Shown here piece by piece: positions 25,439 through 37,775 of a DNA stretch of 57,375 nt. This DNA is from Cyanophora paradoxa CCMP329 (taxonomy: Eukaryota > Plantae > Glaucophyta), in assembly GCA_004431415.1 (NCBI GenBank), contig QPMI01000654.1, positions 1 through 57,375 on the forward strand, read 5' to 3'. Position 1 is the stretch's first letter. The number at the start of each line of letters is the position of its first letter. A program made the position numbers and the translations under genes. A model generated the notes under the pieces. The model did not search any database and had not been told where the DNA came from. It saw only the letters and a program-made list of their open reading frames with translations.

Positions 25439-28400
25439 ATGGAGGACGCAAGATCCAGAGATTTAGGCCAGGGGGCTCCAGTCGAGCTACCGCCTCTGTT
25501 GAAACCCCCAAGGCGTGCCCAGAGCCCCCCAGCTCTGAGCGATCCTCAAGCACATGTTAACTCAATGCCAACCTACGAACGACCGCCAAGGCCAGCTTTT
25601 GTGTCCTCTCCGGGGCTTGCGGCGGCCCTAGCGGCGGAGGAGAGCGGCGATGGCGGCTCGGCGGGAGCGATCTCCAGCTCCCCGTCTCCAGCCCCCCTAG
25701 CACCTTTGCAACTGCCGGGCAGCAGCAGCTTCGGCGGCGAGAAACGTCCGTCGGCGGTGCCACCTCTCGGGGCGTCCATGTCAGAGAGTCAGCCGAGCGG
25801 TAGAGCAGGGACGGGGCTGGGATGGCGGCGCAGACGAGGGCTGCGCGTGACGTTGATGCTTCTCCCTGTGATCTTGCTCGGTGCGTGCGAGGGGTGAGGA
25901 CCGCCAGAGGGCACCCCGTGCCGCCCCAGAACGCTGAAGAGGGAAGGGGTAGCGGGGGCGACGGCGGCGCTGGCGGCGCTGGCTGCTGGAGGAGGGCACG
26001 TGGCGGCGGCAGCGGGGATCGCTGTGGGGATCGCTACTCCGGCGGTGATTGGGGCGCTCGCGGTTGCCCGGTCCCTCGCGACGAACGCGGGCACGGTGCG
26101 CAAGCGCAAGCTTAAGGGTGCAGGATCGAGCGGCGAAGCTTAGGAGGGGCGCAGAGCTCTCTTACCCCGGGCAACGAAAACGAGGCGGCGACAGCGTCGG
26201 CCGCAGCGGCCGCCGCGCCGTTGACGGGGCGGGTCAGCGGAACGCTCAGCCCGGAGGTGGCCGCAAGCCTGGGGACGAACATCATGTCAGCCGCCAACGA
26301 TGCGGTCATTGTCATCGGTGCGGCGCTAGCCGGGCCGCGTCCTAGCTCGGGCGCATCGGTGAGAAGCGGACCGCAGACTCCCGCTGCCGGATACTGGCGG
26401 TGAATGCGCGTGCGGAGGCTATGTTCGGGTACCGGGCCGCGGCGCTGCTGGGGCGCAACGTCAAGATGCTCATGCCCAAGCGCTACGCCGAGGAGCACGG
26501 TGCGGCTCGGCGGCCGCCGCGCAATGCGGCGCCCCGGCGCGCGCGCCCGCTCGCGCGCTGACACACTAGCAGACGAGTACGTGGCCCAGTACCTGCGCTC
26601 GGGGCGGGCGAACGTGATCGGCACGATCCGGGAGGTCGCGGGAATGACTGCCGCGGGGGACGAGATCCCCTGCGAACTCTCGCTCAGGCGCGCCGCGCAC
26701 GCCGCGCGCGGCTTCCCTGCCTCACGCGACGCAGCTCGATGCGCGTCGACGGCGGCGTCTACTTTGTGGGGATGCTCCGCGATATCCGGGCCCGCCGCGA
26801 GGCCGACGCCCGCATCGCTTCGCAGCGCGCCAAGTGCGCTGTCCCTGCCCTCGTTTCGTCCGTGTGCGCCTTATAGGCTGGGCATGCAGGGCGGAGAGCG
26901 CGATGGAGAAGATTCGAATCGAGGAGTACCGCAGCAAGCAAATCATGGTGAATTTATGCCCTTGCAACCGCCTGGCCCCCTGGGCGCTGACGTGGGTGCA
27001 GGACATCGCCAACGATGCAGTGATCCTCATTGGTACATGCACGTGCCTGCTGGTGCGTGCGCAGCTGGTTCTCATCCCTCACGGTCTCCGATCCGCGGCA
27101 GACTCGCGTTGCTCGATCGTATCGGTGAACAAGATGACCCTGAAGAGTGCGTACTCCGGATGTTGTGCGCGCTTGCCTCCGCTTGTGCTGACCTTCGTGT
27201 TTCCTGCCGCGTTGCGCAGTGTTCCAGGTGCGCCTGGGATTCCGACTGCGGGGAGTGGGAGCGGGGTTCCGTCCAGCGGCGAGCGTCCCTGGTCAGGTGG
27301 CGTCGGAGTCCGAGTTGGTGGGCCGGAACGTCAACATCCTAATGCCGCCTGCGGTCGCGCGTGTGCACGGTGCACGCGTTTCACAGCTTCGTAGTTCTAG
27401 GCTAACGCTTCCCTCCAGACAGCTACATCGAACGGTATCTGTACTCAGGCAGGGCGACCGTGGCGGGGACCATTCGCGAGGTGTGGGGGGTGTCACTTTG
27501 CTTTGCATGCGGGCTTGCTGATCGACCGCGGCGCGCAGGTGCATGCTATGCGGCCAGGGGACATGGTGGAATTCCCTATCGAGCTCTCGATGAAGTGCGG
27601 CTGCGCGTGCGAGCGCGGCGTCGCGGCCGCTCATTAGCCAGCAGCGATGTGGTGATCGGCGCGGAGCACTATTTTGTGGGCATGGTTCGCAGCGCTGCGC
27701 CAGGCTTCTCGCGCGGCTCTCTGAGCGCTGATTCCGCGGCAGATCCGCGACATCACGACGCGGAAAGCGATGCAGGCGCGGCTGGACGAGCAGATGAAGA
27801 AGTACGCGACTTTACAGGGCGCTCCCGGCTTTGACACCGTGCGCTGACGCTGCACAGGACGGAAAGCCTCCTGCGAAACATGCTGCCGGAGAGCATCGCG
27901 CAGCGGCTCATGGAACGGCCGGCGGAGTGCATTGCAGACCGCCTCGAGGGCGTCGCCATCCTCTTTGCCGACATGTGCGCCGGGCGGGGGTCGGGGCGGG
28001 GTGCGGGGCGGGGTGCGGGGCGGGGCCGAGCGCGCGCGCAGCGTCGAGTTCACGCCACTGGCGGGTTCCATGGACGCTACGAAGCTCGTTGAGCTCCTCA
28101 ACCGTGAGCTCCTGCCGGGCGCGACCCCCCGCTGCTGGCGACCCTACCCGCAGAGATTTTCACGGAGTTCGACGCCCTCGCGGGACAACACGGCCTGGAG
28201 AAGATCAAGACCCTGGGGGACGCCTTTATGTGCGCCGCTGGCCTGCCGGGGTCTGCGGGGTCAGGCGGCGCGCGCCAGGCCGCCATGTCGATGGCGGTGC
28301 GTCAGCAGGTGGCCTTCGCTGGCGGCCACTCACGGAGGCGCAGCGCATGGCGCTCGACATGCACGCCGCCATCGCCTCCTTCCGCACCTTCGACGGCAAG

Positions 28401-30999
28401 GTTTGCGCCGAGCGTCCGCCCCAGCCCAGTGCGCTCACGGCGCTTGCAGCCGTTCCGCATCCGCGTCGGCATCCACCTCGGCACGGTCGTTGCCGGCGTG
28501 ATCGGTGCACCCGCGGTGCCGCGGCGCAAGCGGCAGTGGCGGTGCGCTGACCGGGGCCTGGGATTTGGCGCAGGCAAGCGGAAGTACCTATACGACCTGG
28601 TGGGCTTGTCCACGTGCGCGGCTTTTCTGGAAGGGCGGCGAGGCTCACTGCGCCGCGCAGTGGGGCGACGCGGTCAACGTGGCGAGCCGGATGGAGAGCT
28701 CGGGGGTGCCGGGCCGCACGCAGGTGACCCATGAGATGTATACGCACCTGCGCGGTGCGCTCTGAGCGCTTTCGGCTCCCGCGGGGAAAGCTGACGAATG
28801 GCAGACGGGTTCGTCTTTGAGGACCGCGGGAAAGTGTACGTGAAGGGCAAGGGCGAGGTCCGCGCAGCCCGCCCGCCCGGCGGCCTCCTCGCCGGCCGCC
28901 TCATGTGCACCGCTCACTGGAGGCTCACGTAGATGCGGACATACTTCCTCGTCGGCCGTGCCTCCACCACCCCGCGGGTCTGTGTGCAGTTGCTCGTGAA
29001 ATCTTGCTCAAATCGAGTCTCTGAAGCACCTGCAGCAAAGTCAGCTCAGTATGATAGATCCGAGCGGCCTGTCGTCGCCAGGGTACAATGCGTTGGAGGG
29101 CCTGGTGTGTAGTAGCAAGGTCGATCTTCCGGATGTAGAAGGGGCGCGTGACCTCGGGGGCAGGGGGCGCGGCGGCTGGACTCGTGGGACTTCACCCCGT
29201 CGACAGTGGCGGCTTCCCTCTTCCCCGCCCTCTTCCGCGAGATGCTCGTCCGCCTGCAGGCGCGCCGCCCGCCGCGCAGCCGTCTCGCCGGCACCCACCG
29301 CCTCGCGCCCCGTGCAGCTTGTCGATCGCTTCCGAGTCCGCGAGCGCGAGCTCCGCGCCTTCACTACCGCCGTCGTCGCCTCGTACCGGCAGGCGCGCCA
29401 GCACGGCGGCCGCCTGCTCTGCTCCTCCTGGCCCGCTGACCCCGTCGCAGCTCCCCTTCCACAACGCCGCCCGTGCCATCGACTGCGCACACCTTATGTC
29501 CGCGCGCCTGGAGGCCCGGAGGGCGCCGCGCCGCACCTAACATGTAGCAGGTACCTCATCCTCCGGCGCATCCCTGTCCAACACGAAAGCCGCCACGCCA
29601 CTAAAGGAGAGGTCTGGCTGACGCGCACTCGCCATCCCCTGGCTGCTGTTGCACGTGCCGACTGCCAGGCTGGGTCCGTGCGCAGCGCGAGGGGTCGCCA
29701 TCTCTCCTCCCGACCACGCCGTTGCTCCACCGCGGTTCGTCCCCCGTTGATCCAGAACCTGAGTCACCGATCAAAGCCGAGGGGTGCGCGTTCTCTATGA
29801 TGCCCATCATGGCATTCCTGCAGAACCAACGCGACGCAGGCGGCCGCTCTTCAGCGAGCTGGAGCGCTTCGCGCTGATGATCGCGACCCTCTGCATGGGT
29901 GCGCTCGCGCAGCGCGGTCCGAGCGCGGAGCGGCCGCGACCCGGGGATCAGACCTCGACCACCCCGGCGTGTCGAAAAACTTCCTGTGCGAGTCGCACGC
30001 CCCGCTGGCGATCCTGTACTGCAACCGCTCGCCGCTGGAGCAGTGAGGGGCCCACAGCCAGGCGCCGCCCGCTAGACGCTGAGCGGACGGCAGGCACCAC
30101 GCAGCAAAGGCGCTCACCCTTCTGGAGCAGAAGAGCCACGCCATCACAGCCGGCATGGAGCCGGCCCTTCGACGCCGCCTCAATGCCGTGCGGCAGTGAC
30201 GTGACCGTGATGCTCCACATGGCGGCCAGTCTAATGTCAGTGCAGCTCGTCGTCGACTGCATCCTCTCGACCGACGTGGAGCCGCCAAGGGTCAGCCCCT
30301 GGGCCCCCGACCCCACGCCTTCCCATGTCCACTCTCAGGTCCGCACATGCACCTGATTTTTTTTCCGTGCGACTCACTGCCCTTCAGCCCGCCTCGGAAG
30401 GGGGCATCCTGGGCTCCCTTTCCCCACTGCCCGTGGCAGCAGCGGGCGGGCCCTCACCCGCACCTCTCGCGCCTCCCGCGGGCGAGCCGGCGTCGTCACC
30501 GATGATGGCGGTGGCGGCGGCGGCGCTGATGCAGTGCGCGCACTACGGGACCAGCGCGCGGTCGTTTGAGCACGCGAAGTTCTGGGCGGCCCTGGAGATG
30601 GTGCGGGCCGCCCAGCCCGCCGTCATCCAGACGGCCCGCCTTGACGGGCCGTGCAGCAAGAACGCCTGGAGGAGGGGCGCCTGCTGGCGGAGGTTGGGGC
30701 GGAGGTGCCGGCGGAATTTGAAGCAACGGACGCGCCGGACATGGGGGCGGCCGCCGTGCAGGTGGATCTCGTCGCCAGCCGCGCTCTCCCCGCCTTCGAG
30801 GCCGCCGCGCGTCTTTTCCACGGCACGGTGAGTGCCCAGGTGCAGACCCTCGGCGCCCATGCCGCCCCTCACACTGCTCGCCGGGCTACAGGTCCTGGAT
30901 CACCCTCTCGGGGCCGTCCGGCGCAATCTCTCCGAGTGGCGTGCCCTGCACGCCTCCTTTCCATCTTCCTCTTCAAATCCTGCTGGCCGAGCACTGTGA
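25439..30999 (+). CDS. Membrane-anchored PAS-PAS class III adenylyl cyclase fused to a degenerate class I PDE domain; many short introns
   Basis: Hydrophobic N-terminal segments. PAS1: [50 protein letters not shown]2: [39 protein letters not shown]. Cyclase: [63 protein letters not shown]; the K and D residues indicate ATP specificity. PDE-like: [36 protein letters not shown]. The start could alternatively be 25394. Confidence 0.88.
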
Positions 31000-31079
31000 A
31001 TCTGAAGCTAGTCGTGTTTGCTTTATCGTCCATCTGGGTGCGGATACATATACTATGATCATCGGACAATCTGTAAAGA

Positions 31080-31255
31080 AATCTACTGTAGTACAACGTT
31101 TAGGGATTTTTTTACATGCTTTTGTGCCCAATGTGTATAGTTCAACTGCCAGGCTGTTGCAGTCGACTGAGACTCTTGAGACTGCAGTACTAGTGGGTGC
31201 CGCATGCGCAATGCAGGCCCGATCCTGATCATCATGCAATATTAATTATAATGGC
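31080..31255 (+). repeat. ~175-bp duplicated segment, copy 1 (empty insertion site)
   Basis: Nearly identical to 33298-33463 plus 34842-34855. Copy 2 is interrupted by the element at 33464-34841. Confidence 0.9.
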
Positions 31256-31469
31256 ATCACCGAGTCATGCCGGCTGATCCTGATCCGGTATCCGATCATC
31301 GGATGATATATATACTAGGTCTTCGACTCGCCCCCGCCCCCTGCTCGTCTCAGGAAATGCAAGGTGGGGTCTAAATGAACAAAGCTTAATACAGCATCTG
31401 CAGCTACAGTTCCCACTGGGCCGCGGGCCAGCTACAGATCTAGATCGAAAATGGTACCAGAAAATAAGC

Positions 31470-32310
31470 CTTGCGCGCCGCGCCGCCGCCCGCCGCGCCT
31501 CCGCCCCGCCCGTCGAGCCGCGACGCCGCCCGCCGCACCTCCGCCCCGTCCCGCGAGCCGCGCAGCCGCCCGCCGCACCTCCGCCCCGCCCGTCGAGCCG
31601 CGTCGCCGCCCGCCGCTCCTCCGCCCCGCCCGTCGAGCCGCGCCGCCGCCCACAGCGCCTCCGCCCCGTCCCGCGAGCCGCGCAGCCGCCCGCCGCGCCT
31701 CCGCCCCGTCCCGCGAGCCGCGCAGCCGCCCGCTGCGCCTCCGCCCCTGCCGGCGAGCCGCGCCGCCGCCCGCCGCGCCTCCGCCCGCCGCGCCTCCGCC
31801 CCCGCCGGCGAGCCGCGCCGTCGCTCGCCGCGCCTCAGCCCCGCCCGACGAGCCCCGACGCCGCCCGCCGCGCCTCCGGCCCGCCCGGCGAGCCGCGCCT
31901 CCGCCCCGCCGGCGAGTCGCGCCGTCGCTCGCCGCGCCTCCGCCCGCCCGGCGAGCCCCGACGCCGCCCGCCGCGCCTCCGCCCCGCCCGGCGTGCCGCG
32001 CCGCCGCCCGCCGCGCCGCCGCCCCCGCCGGCGAGCCGCACCGCCGCCCGCCGCGCTTGCGTCCCGCCCAGAGAGCCACGCCGCCCGCCCGCCGCGCTTG
32101 CGCCCCGCCCAGCTGCAGAGAGCCACGCCACCGCCCGCCGCGCCTCCGCCCCGTCCCGCAAGCCGTGCCGTCGCCCGCCGCGCCTCCGCACCGATAGTTG
32201 CCCGCGCCCCGCCCTTCGGCGAGCCGCCTGCGGCCCACCGCGCTCTGCCCCGCCCGGCGAGCCACGCGGCTGCCCGCTGCGCGCCCCCGCCCCATCAAGC
32301 GAGCCGCGCA
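31470..32310 (+). repeat. GC-rich minisatellite, 40-bp period, degenerating to the right
   Basis: Units CGCCGCGCCTCCGCCCCG(C/T)CC(G/C)(T/G)CGAGCCGCGNNGCCGCC at 31491, 31531, 31571, 31611, 31651, 31691, 31731 and onward. Confidence 0.92.
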
Positions 32311-33463
32311 GCCGCCCCTCACGCATTCCCGCGTCCGGCGAGCCACAGGCAAACCGCCTCGCAGCGCCTCCTACGCGCACCGTTTGCAGTTGTGACCGCC
32401 CATCGCCCGTCGCTGCGGCATCGATTGCGCCGCGCGCGCGCGGCCATGTGATGCCGCGGAGCGCGCGATGGCGGGCCGCGCCCGAATGGGAGCTAGCCTA
32501 GTAGATATAGTGGGAGCTGCGCTGCGACGGTCGCGGCCGGTTCGGGCCGTTGCGACGGTCGCGGCCTCGAGATTGCAGGCGGGAGAATGCAGCGTTAGCG
32601 GCCCTCTCCGGATGCGCGGGGGCGGCCGCTCGTGAGGCGACGCGCGCGCGAGCTCGACTTGCGGCCGCGGCCGGCCGGCCATGCAATGGCATGCATATGC
32701 ATATGGGTACCTCAAAAAGACTTTCGACGTTGAGAAAAAGACGGACTTGCAAACTGGCCGGCTTGGACAAAAGGACAGACAATCCGACGGGTAGCAAGGG
32801 GGGTTTGAGCAGCTGACCCCCCCTTGCAATATATAATCATGATCATCATGATGCCATGATGATTTGGAGTTCCAAAGTTCTGAAGTTTGAAGGCTACGTA
32901 TACAGGGCCGCGGGCCCGGGGCCACTGTGCACGTGCAATGAACTTTGGAAGTCCGACGGTCCGACGGTCCCCTGGGCCCAGGCCCGGGGCCGGCAGGGCC
33001 CAATCATTGAATATTTACTTATAAAATTAGTTATTAACGTTAACTTTATAATTAGTAACTAGTAACTTACTAAAAGTTAGTAAGTCATTCATGCATGTCG
33101 ATCGCGACTGACTCAATGAGATTGGCACTGCATGCAGTGCCACATGTACACCGTGGCACTGTGCATGCGGCAGCGCTAGCCGCAGCTGCATGCGCAGTGC
33201 GCATGCATGCATGCGCACGCCTGATATCGATCATCATGCCATATATATATATATATATGCATGCATGATCAGGGATTCATGCATGATCATGCATGCAAAT
33301 CTACTGTAGTACAACGTTCAGGGAGTTTTTTACATGCTTTTGTGCCCAATGTGTATAGTTCAACTGCCAGGCTGTTGCAGTCGACTGAGACTCTTGAGAC
33401 TGCAGTACTAGTGGGTGCCGCATGCGCGCGCAATGCAGGCCCGATCCTGATCATCATGCAATA

Positions 33464-34841
33464 TTGGCCCCCCCCCATAATTTTTTCCCAGGTCGCCGGG
33501 CGAATTACTCCAGGCGGCACACCACTACGACCGCTCCCCTCAACTTCCGCCCCCACCGTCCCAGCACCGTGCCCTATCGGTGCCCGCTCGGTGATTGGTC
33601 CGTGCCGTTTCTTCCCCCTCTAGTATATCATATGTTATATCCTCGACCACTAGCGCACGCGGATGCAACGGGTTAAGCCTTTAGAATTCACCTTCGATTC
33701 TATCGGTGACCAATCGGTGCCCTGTCCGTGCCCTGTGCGTGCCCTTAGGAGGGCATCGTCCCAGCCGGAATCGAACACGGGTCTTCGACCCCCGGAACCG
33801 AGAATCTTAACCGCTAGGCTAAAATCGCAACCGAAATCGGAAGTTCTCAGGCGGGTACTTGAACCGCTTCCCACCCACGACTGGGAGCGAAGGTGGGACC
33901 CTGGAAAAATTTCAAGCTGCCCCGCGACACAGCGCGGCACCGCAGCGAGCACTGCGAGCGGCGCAGCGCATGCTCGATATCGCTAACATACCGCTGGAAA
34001 GGTCGAATTCAAGCTCGCAGTCACCCCGACATTTCGGAATCGATCCGAGTCACTCGAAAATTTGATCCACAGGCATGGGCCAGCCGATTCCTCTCCGCCA
34101 ACACGCGAGAGCAATACACGCAGATGCGCATAGACTTAACAAAGCCTGCGCCGCCCCGAAATCCGCCTTCGAGCGCCGGCGCAGCGCGAGAAGGTGAACT
34201 GCACCAAAATGCGATATCGATTCTGCACTCTGCCATCGAACTTTCCGCGCGCCCACGCCGCGGCGCGCGCGCGCATCGATACAGTATGCCTGTCGGATGT
34301 AAATTAAGCGTTTCGCATGCTCCAGGCATGCGCCGGGCCCCGGGAACCCGGGCTGCAGTCGAATTCGATCCTGGACACGCCCTTGCAATTGGACCTTTAA
34401 ATTTTCGCACACCCGTGCCTCCACGCGCGCGGGCATCAACACGCTATGTTCGTTGGATGCTTATCTGAAATTTAGCATGCTATACGCGCGCGAGAAGCCT
34501 GCGACATCCAGTCTGAACCGGACAATCGATCCTACACATGCCTTTCTAGCTCTCGATGTGCCTGCACTGCTCCAGCTCTAGCTCAGGAATATTTCTGCAT
34601 GCTAGCGCTCTTGTGATGTTAACGTTTATCTGGTGATGCGTGGTTTGAAGACGCCCGGACTCAGCAGCTGTCACTAGCACTAGGCTCACGAAAATTCCGG
34701 AACAGATCTACTTAGATCTACTTTGAGCTTGTCGTCTACTGATTCAATGATTTAAATCAATGTCCTGATCAAAGGAAGGTGGATGGGTGGGAAGGGGTGG
34801 GGGGAGGGGGGGGGGCCTTCCCCGCGTGAGCGGGTGTCTTG
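33464..34841 (+). mobile_element. Non-autonomous Helitron-like element, copy 1
   Basis: Starts TTGGCCCCCCCCCATAATTTTTTCCCAGG and ends G-tract-CCTTCCCCGCGTGAGCGGGTGTCTTG. It is inserted at A|T with no TSD relative to the empty paralog at 31241|31242. Confidence 0.75.
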
Positions 34842-34862
34842 TTAATTATAATGGCCGCTTCA

Positions 34863-34914
<52 letters not shown>

Positions 34915-34918
<4 letters not shown>

Positions 34919-36349
34919 GCCCCCCCCATAATTTTTTCCCAGGTCGCCCTCCGAATTTATCCTGAGGGCACCCACCCGACAAACCTCCCCTCAACGCTGC
35001 CCCCAACGTGCCCGCACTGTGCCCTTTCGGTGCCCGCTCGGTGATTGGTCGGTGTCGCCCCCTTCCCCTCTCATATATCATATGCATATATCTTCTACCC
35101 GGCTCGACCACTAGCGCACGCTCGGTCCAGTTACCCGCTATCGGTGACCAATCGGTGCCCTGTGCGTGTCGCGTGCGTGCCCTCAGGAAGGAATCCTCCC
35201 CCCCAGACCCGAACCCGGGTCTTCGGGTCCGGAACAGAAAATCCTAACCGCTAGGCTAAAACCGCAACCGAAATCGGCAGTTTTCAGGCGGGTATTTGAA
35301 CCGCCTCCCACCCATGAGTCGGAAGGAAGGTGGGACCCTGGAAAATATTCCAACCGCCCCACGACGCAACCCGGCGCCGCAGCGAGCACTGTGAGCGACG
35401 CAGCGCATGGTAAATATCGCTAACATACCGCTGGAAAGGTCGAATTCAAGCTCGCAGTCATGCCGAAATTTTTGAACCGATCTGAGTCACTCGAAAATTT
35501 GATCCACATGCATGGGCCAGCCGATTCCTGTCCGACAATTCACGAGAGCAATGCGCATAAATGCGCATAGACTTAACAAAGCCTGTGCCGCCCCGAAATC
35601 CGCCTTCGACCACCGGCGCAGCGCGAAAAGACGAACTGCAGAAAAATGCGATTCTGCACTCTCCCATCGATATCGAACTTTCCGCGCGCCCACGCCACGG
35701 CGCGCGCGCACATCAATACAGTATGCATATTGAATGTATATTAAGCAATTTACATGCTTCTGGCATGCGCCAGGCCCCGAGAACCCGGGCTGCAATCAAG
35801 TTCGTTCAGGGACACCCCCATCAACCTCTCCGTGTGTCCACGCCTCCACACGCGCGGGCATCGCCGGGCTATGTTCGTGTGATGTTTATCTGAAGTTGAG
35901 CATGCTATGCGCACGCGAAAAGTCTGCGTGCTCGTGCCTCCACGTGCACGGGTATCAACATGCTATGTTCCTTCGCATGCTTTACGCGCGCGAGAAGCCT
36001 TGAAATCCAGTCTGAACCGGAAAATCGATCCTACACATGCCTCTCTCATTTTCGATGAGCCTGCACTGTTCCAGGTCTCAAGAATATTTATGCATGCTCT
36101 TCTGATGTTCGAAGACGCCCAGCCGCGCCTCAGCAGCTCTCACTAGCACTAGCTATAGGCTCACGAAATTTGCGAAACAGATCTAGATCTAGATCTACTT
36201 AGATCTACCTTGATCTTTTTTTCGAGCTCGTGTACTGATTTAAATCAATGTTCTTCTCCTTACATCTGGATAACGCGAAGGAATCTGGATGGGTGGGAAG
36301 GGGTGGGGGGAAGGGGGGGGGGGCCTTCCCCGCGTGAGCGGGTGTCTTG
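34915..36349 (+). mobile_element. Helitron-like element, copy 2
   Basis: Same termini and internal homology. Preceded by (TA)n at 34866-34914 and followed by TATA. Confidence 0.75.
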
Positions 36350-36353
36350 TATA

Positions 36354-37775
36354 TTGAGCCCCCCCCATAAATTTTTCCCAGGTCGCCCTCCGAATTTATC
36401 CTGAGGGCACCTACCCGACAAACCTCCCCTCAACGCTGCCCCAACCGTCCCAGCACCGTGCCCTATCGGTGCCCGCTCGGTGATTGGTCGGTGTCGCCCC
36501 CTTCCCCTCTCATATATCATATGCATATATCTTCTACCCGGCTCGACCACTAGCGCACGCTCGGTCCAGTTACCCGCTATCGGTGACCAATCGGTGCCCT
36601 GTCCGTGTCGCGTTCGTGCCCTCAGGAAGGAATCCTCCCCCCCAGATCCGAACCCGGGTCTTCGGTTCCGGAACCGAGAATCCTAACCGCTAGGCTAAAA
36701 CCGCAACCGAAAATGAGAGTTTTCAGGCGGGTATTTGAACCGCCTCCCACCCACGAGTCGGAAGGATGGTGGGACCCTGGAAAATATTCCAGCCGCCCCG
36801 CGACGCAATGCGGCGCCGCAGCGAGCACTGCGAGCGACGCAGCGCATGGTAAATAGCGCTAACATACCGCTGGAAAGGTCGTCTTCAACCTCGCAGTCAC
36901 GCCAAAATTTTTGAAACGATCCCAGTCAATCGAAAATTTGATCCACATGCATGGGCCAGCCGATTCCTGTCCGACAATTCACGAGAGCAATGCGCATAGA
37001 TGCGCATAGACTTAACAAAGCCTGCGTCGCCCCGAAATTCGCCTTCGAGCGCCAGCGAAGCACGAGAAGGCAAACTGCAGCAAAAATGCGATTCTGCACT
37101 CTCCCATCGAACTTTCCGCGCGCCCACGCCGCGGCGCATGCGCGGAACAATAGTATAAGCATTTGAGATATAGAGACAGCATTCCGTTTGCTCTCTAGAT
37201 GCGCCGGGCCGCGAGAACCCAGCCGTCCCCGAAAATTCGATCCCGCATGGACCTGAACATCTGTCCTCACGCCCTCGCATCCTGACGCATGCGCGTCGCT
37301 AAAATATTTATTTGACAGCTTTACAAAGTTTTGCGCAACCTCTGCGGCCGGGACAGAGCACGAAAACTCAGCAGACGCCAAAAATTCGATCCTGCAGAGA
37401 CCTGCAGCTGCACATGTACATCGATATCTTTCCGCCCGCCCTCGCCTCCGCAGCCCTAGGCCAGCACTGCGGGAGATCAATACTTTATGCATTCGAGATT
37501 CTGTTTAAGCGATTCGCAGGCTCCGAGCTCGAGGCTCTGTACATGCGCCTGACCACGAGAACCCCACCCCGGCCCGGCCCTCTCAGTGCACGTGCACATC
37601 CGATCGCGATGATCTCTCCTCGAAACTCTCGCCTAGGCCTTAACAAGCTCGTGTACTGATTTAAATCAATTTGCAATGTGTTTTCCCGTCCATTTAAACT
37701 AATCGAACGAATGTTGACGGGTGGGAAGGGGTGGGGGGAGGGGGGGGGGGCCTTCCCCGCGTGAGCGGGTGTCTT
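36354..37775 (+). mobile_element. Helitron-like element, copy 3
   Basis: Starts TTGAGCCCCCCCCATAAATTTTTCCCAGG. Ends ...GCGGGTGTCTT, fused directly to copy 4. Confidence 0.75.

Noticed and set aside
8339-30999. Alternative genetic code as an explanation for fragmented ORFs
   Set aside because: Short introns explain the fragmentation, and TAG, TAA and TGA all serve as terminal stops in conserved genes.
31432-32451. Long Arg/Ala/Pro/Gly-rich ORFs on both strands
   Set aside because: They are open only because the GC minisatellite lacks stop codons; a 40-bp period is not codon-compatible.
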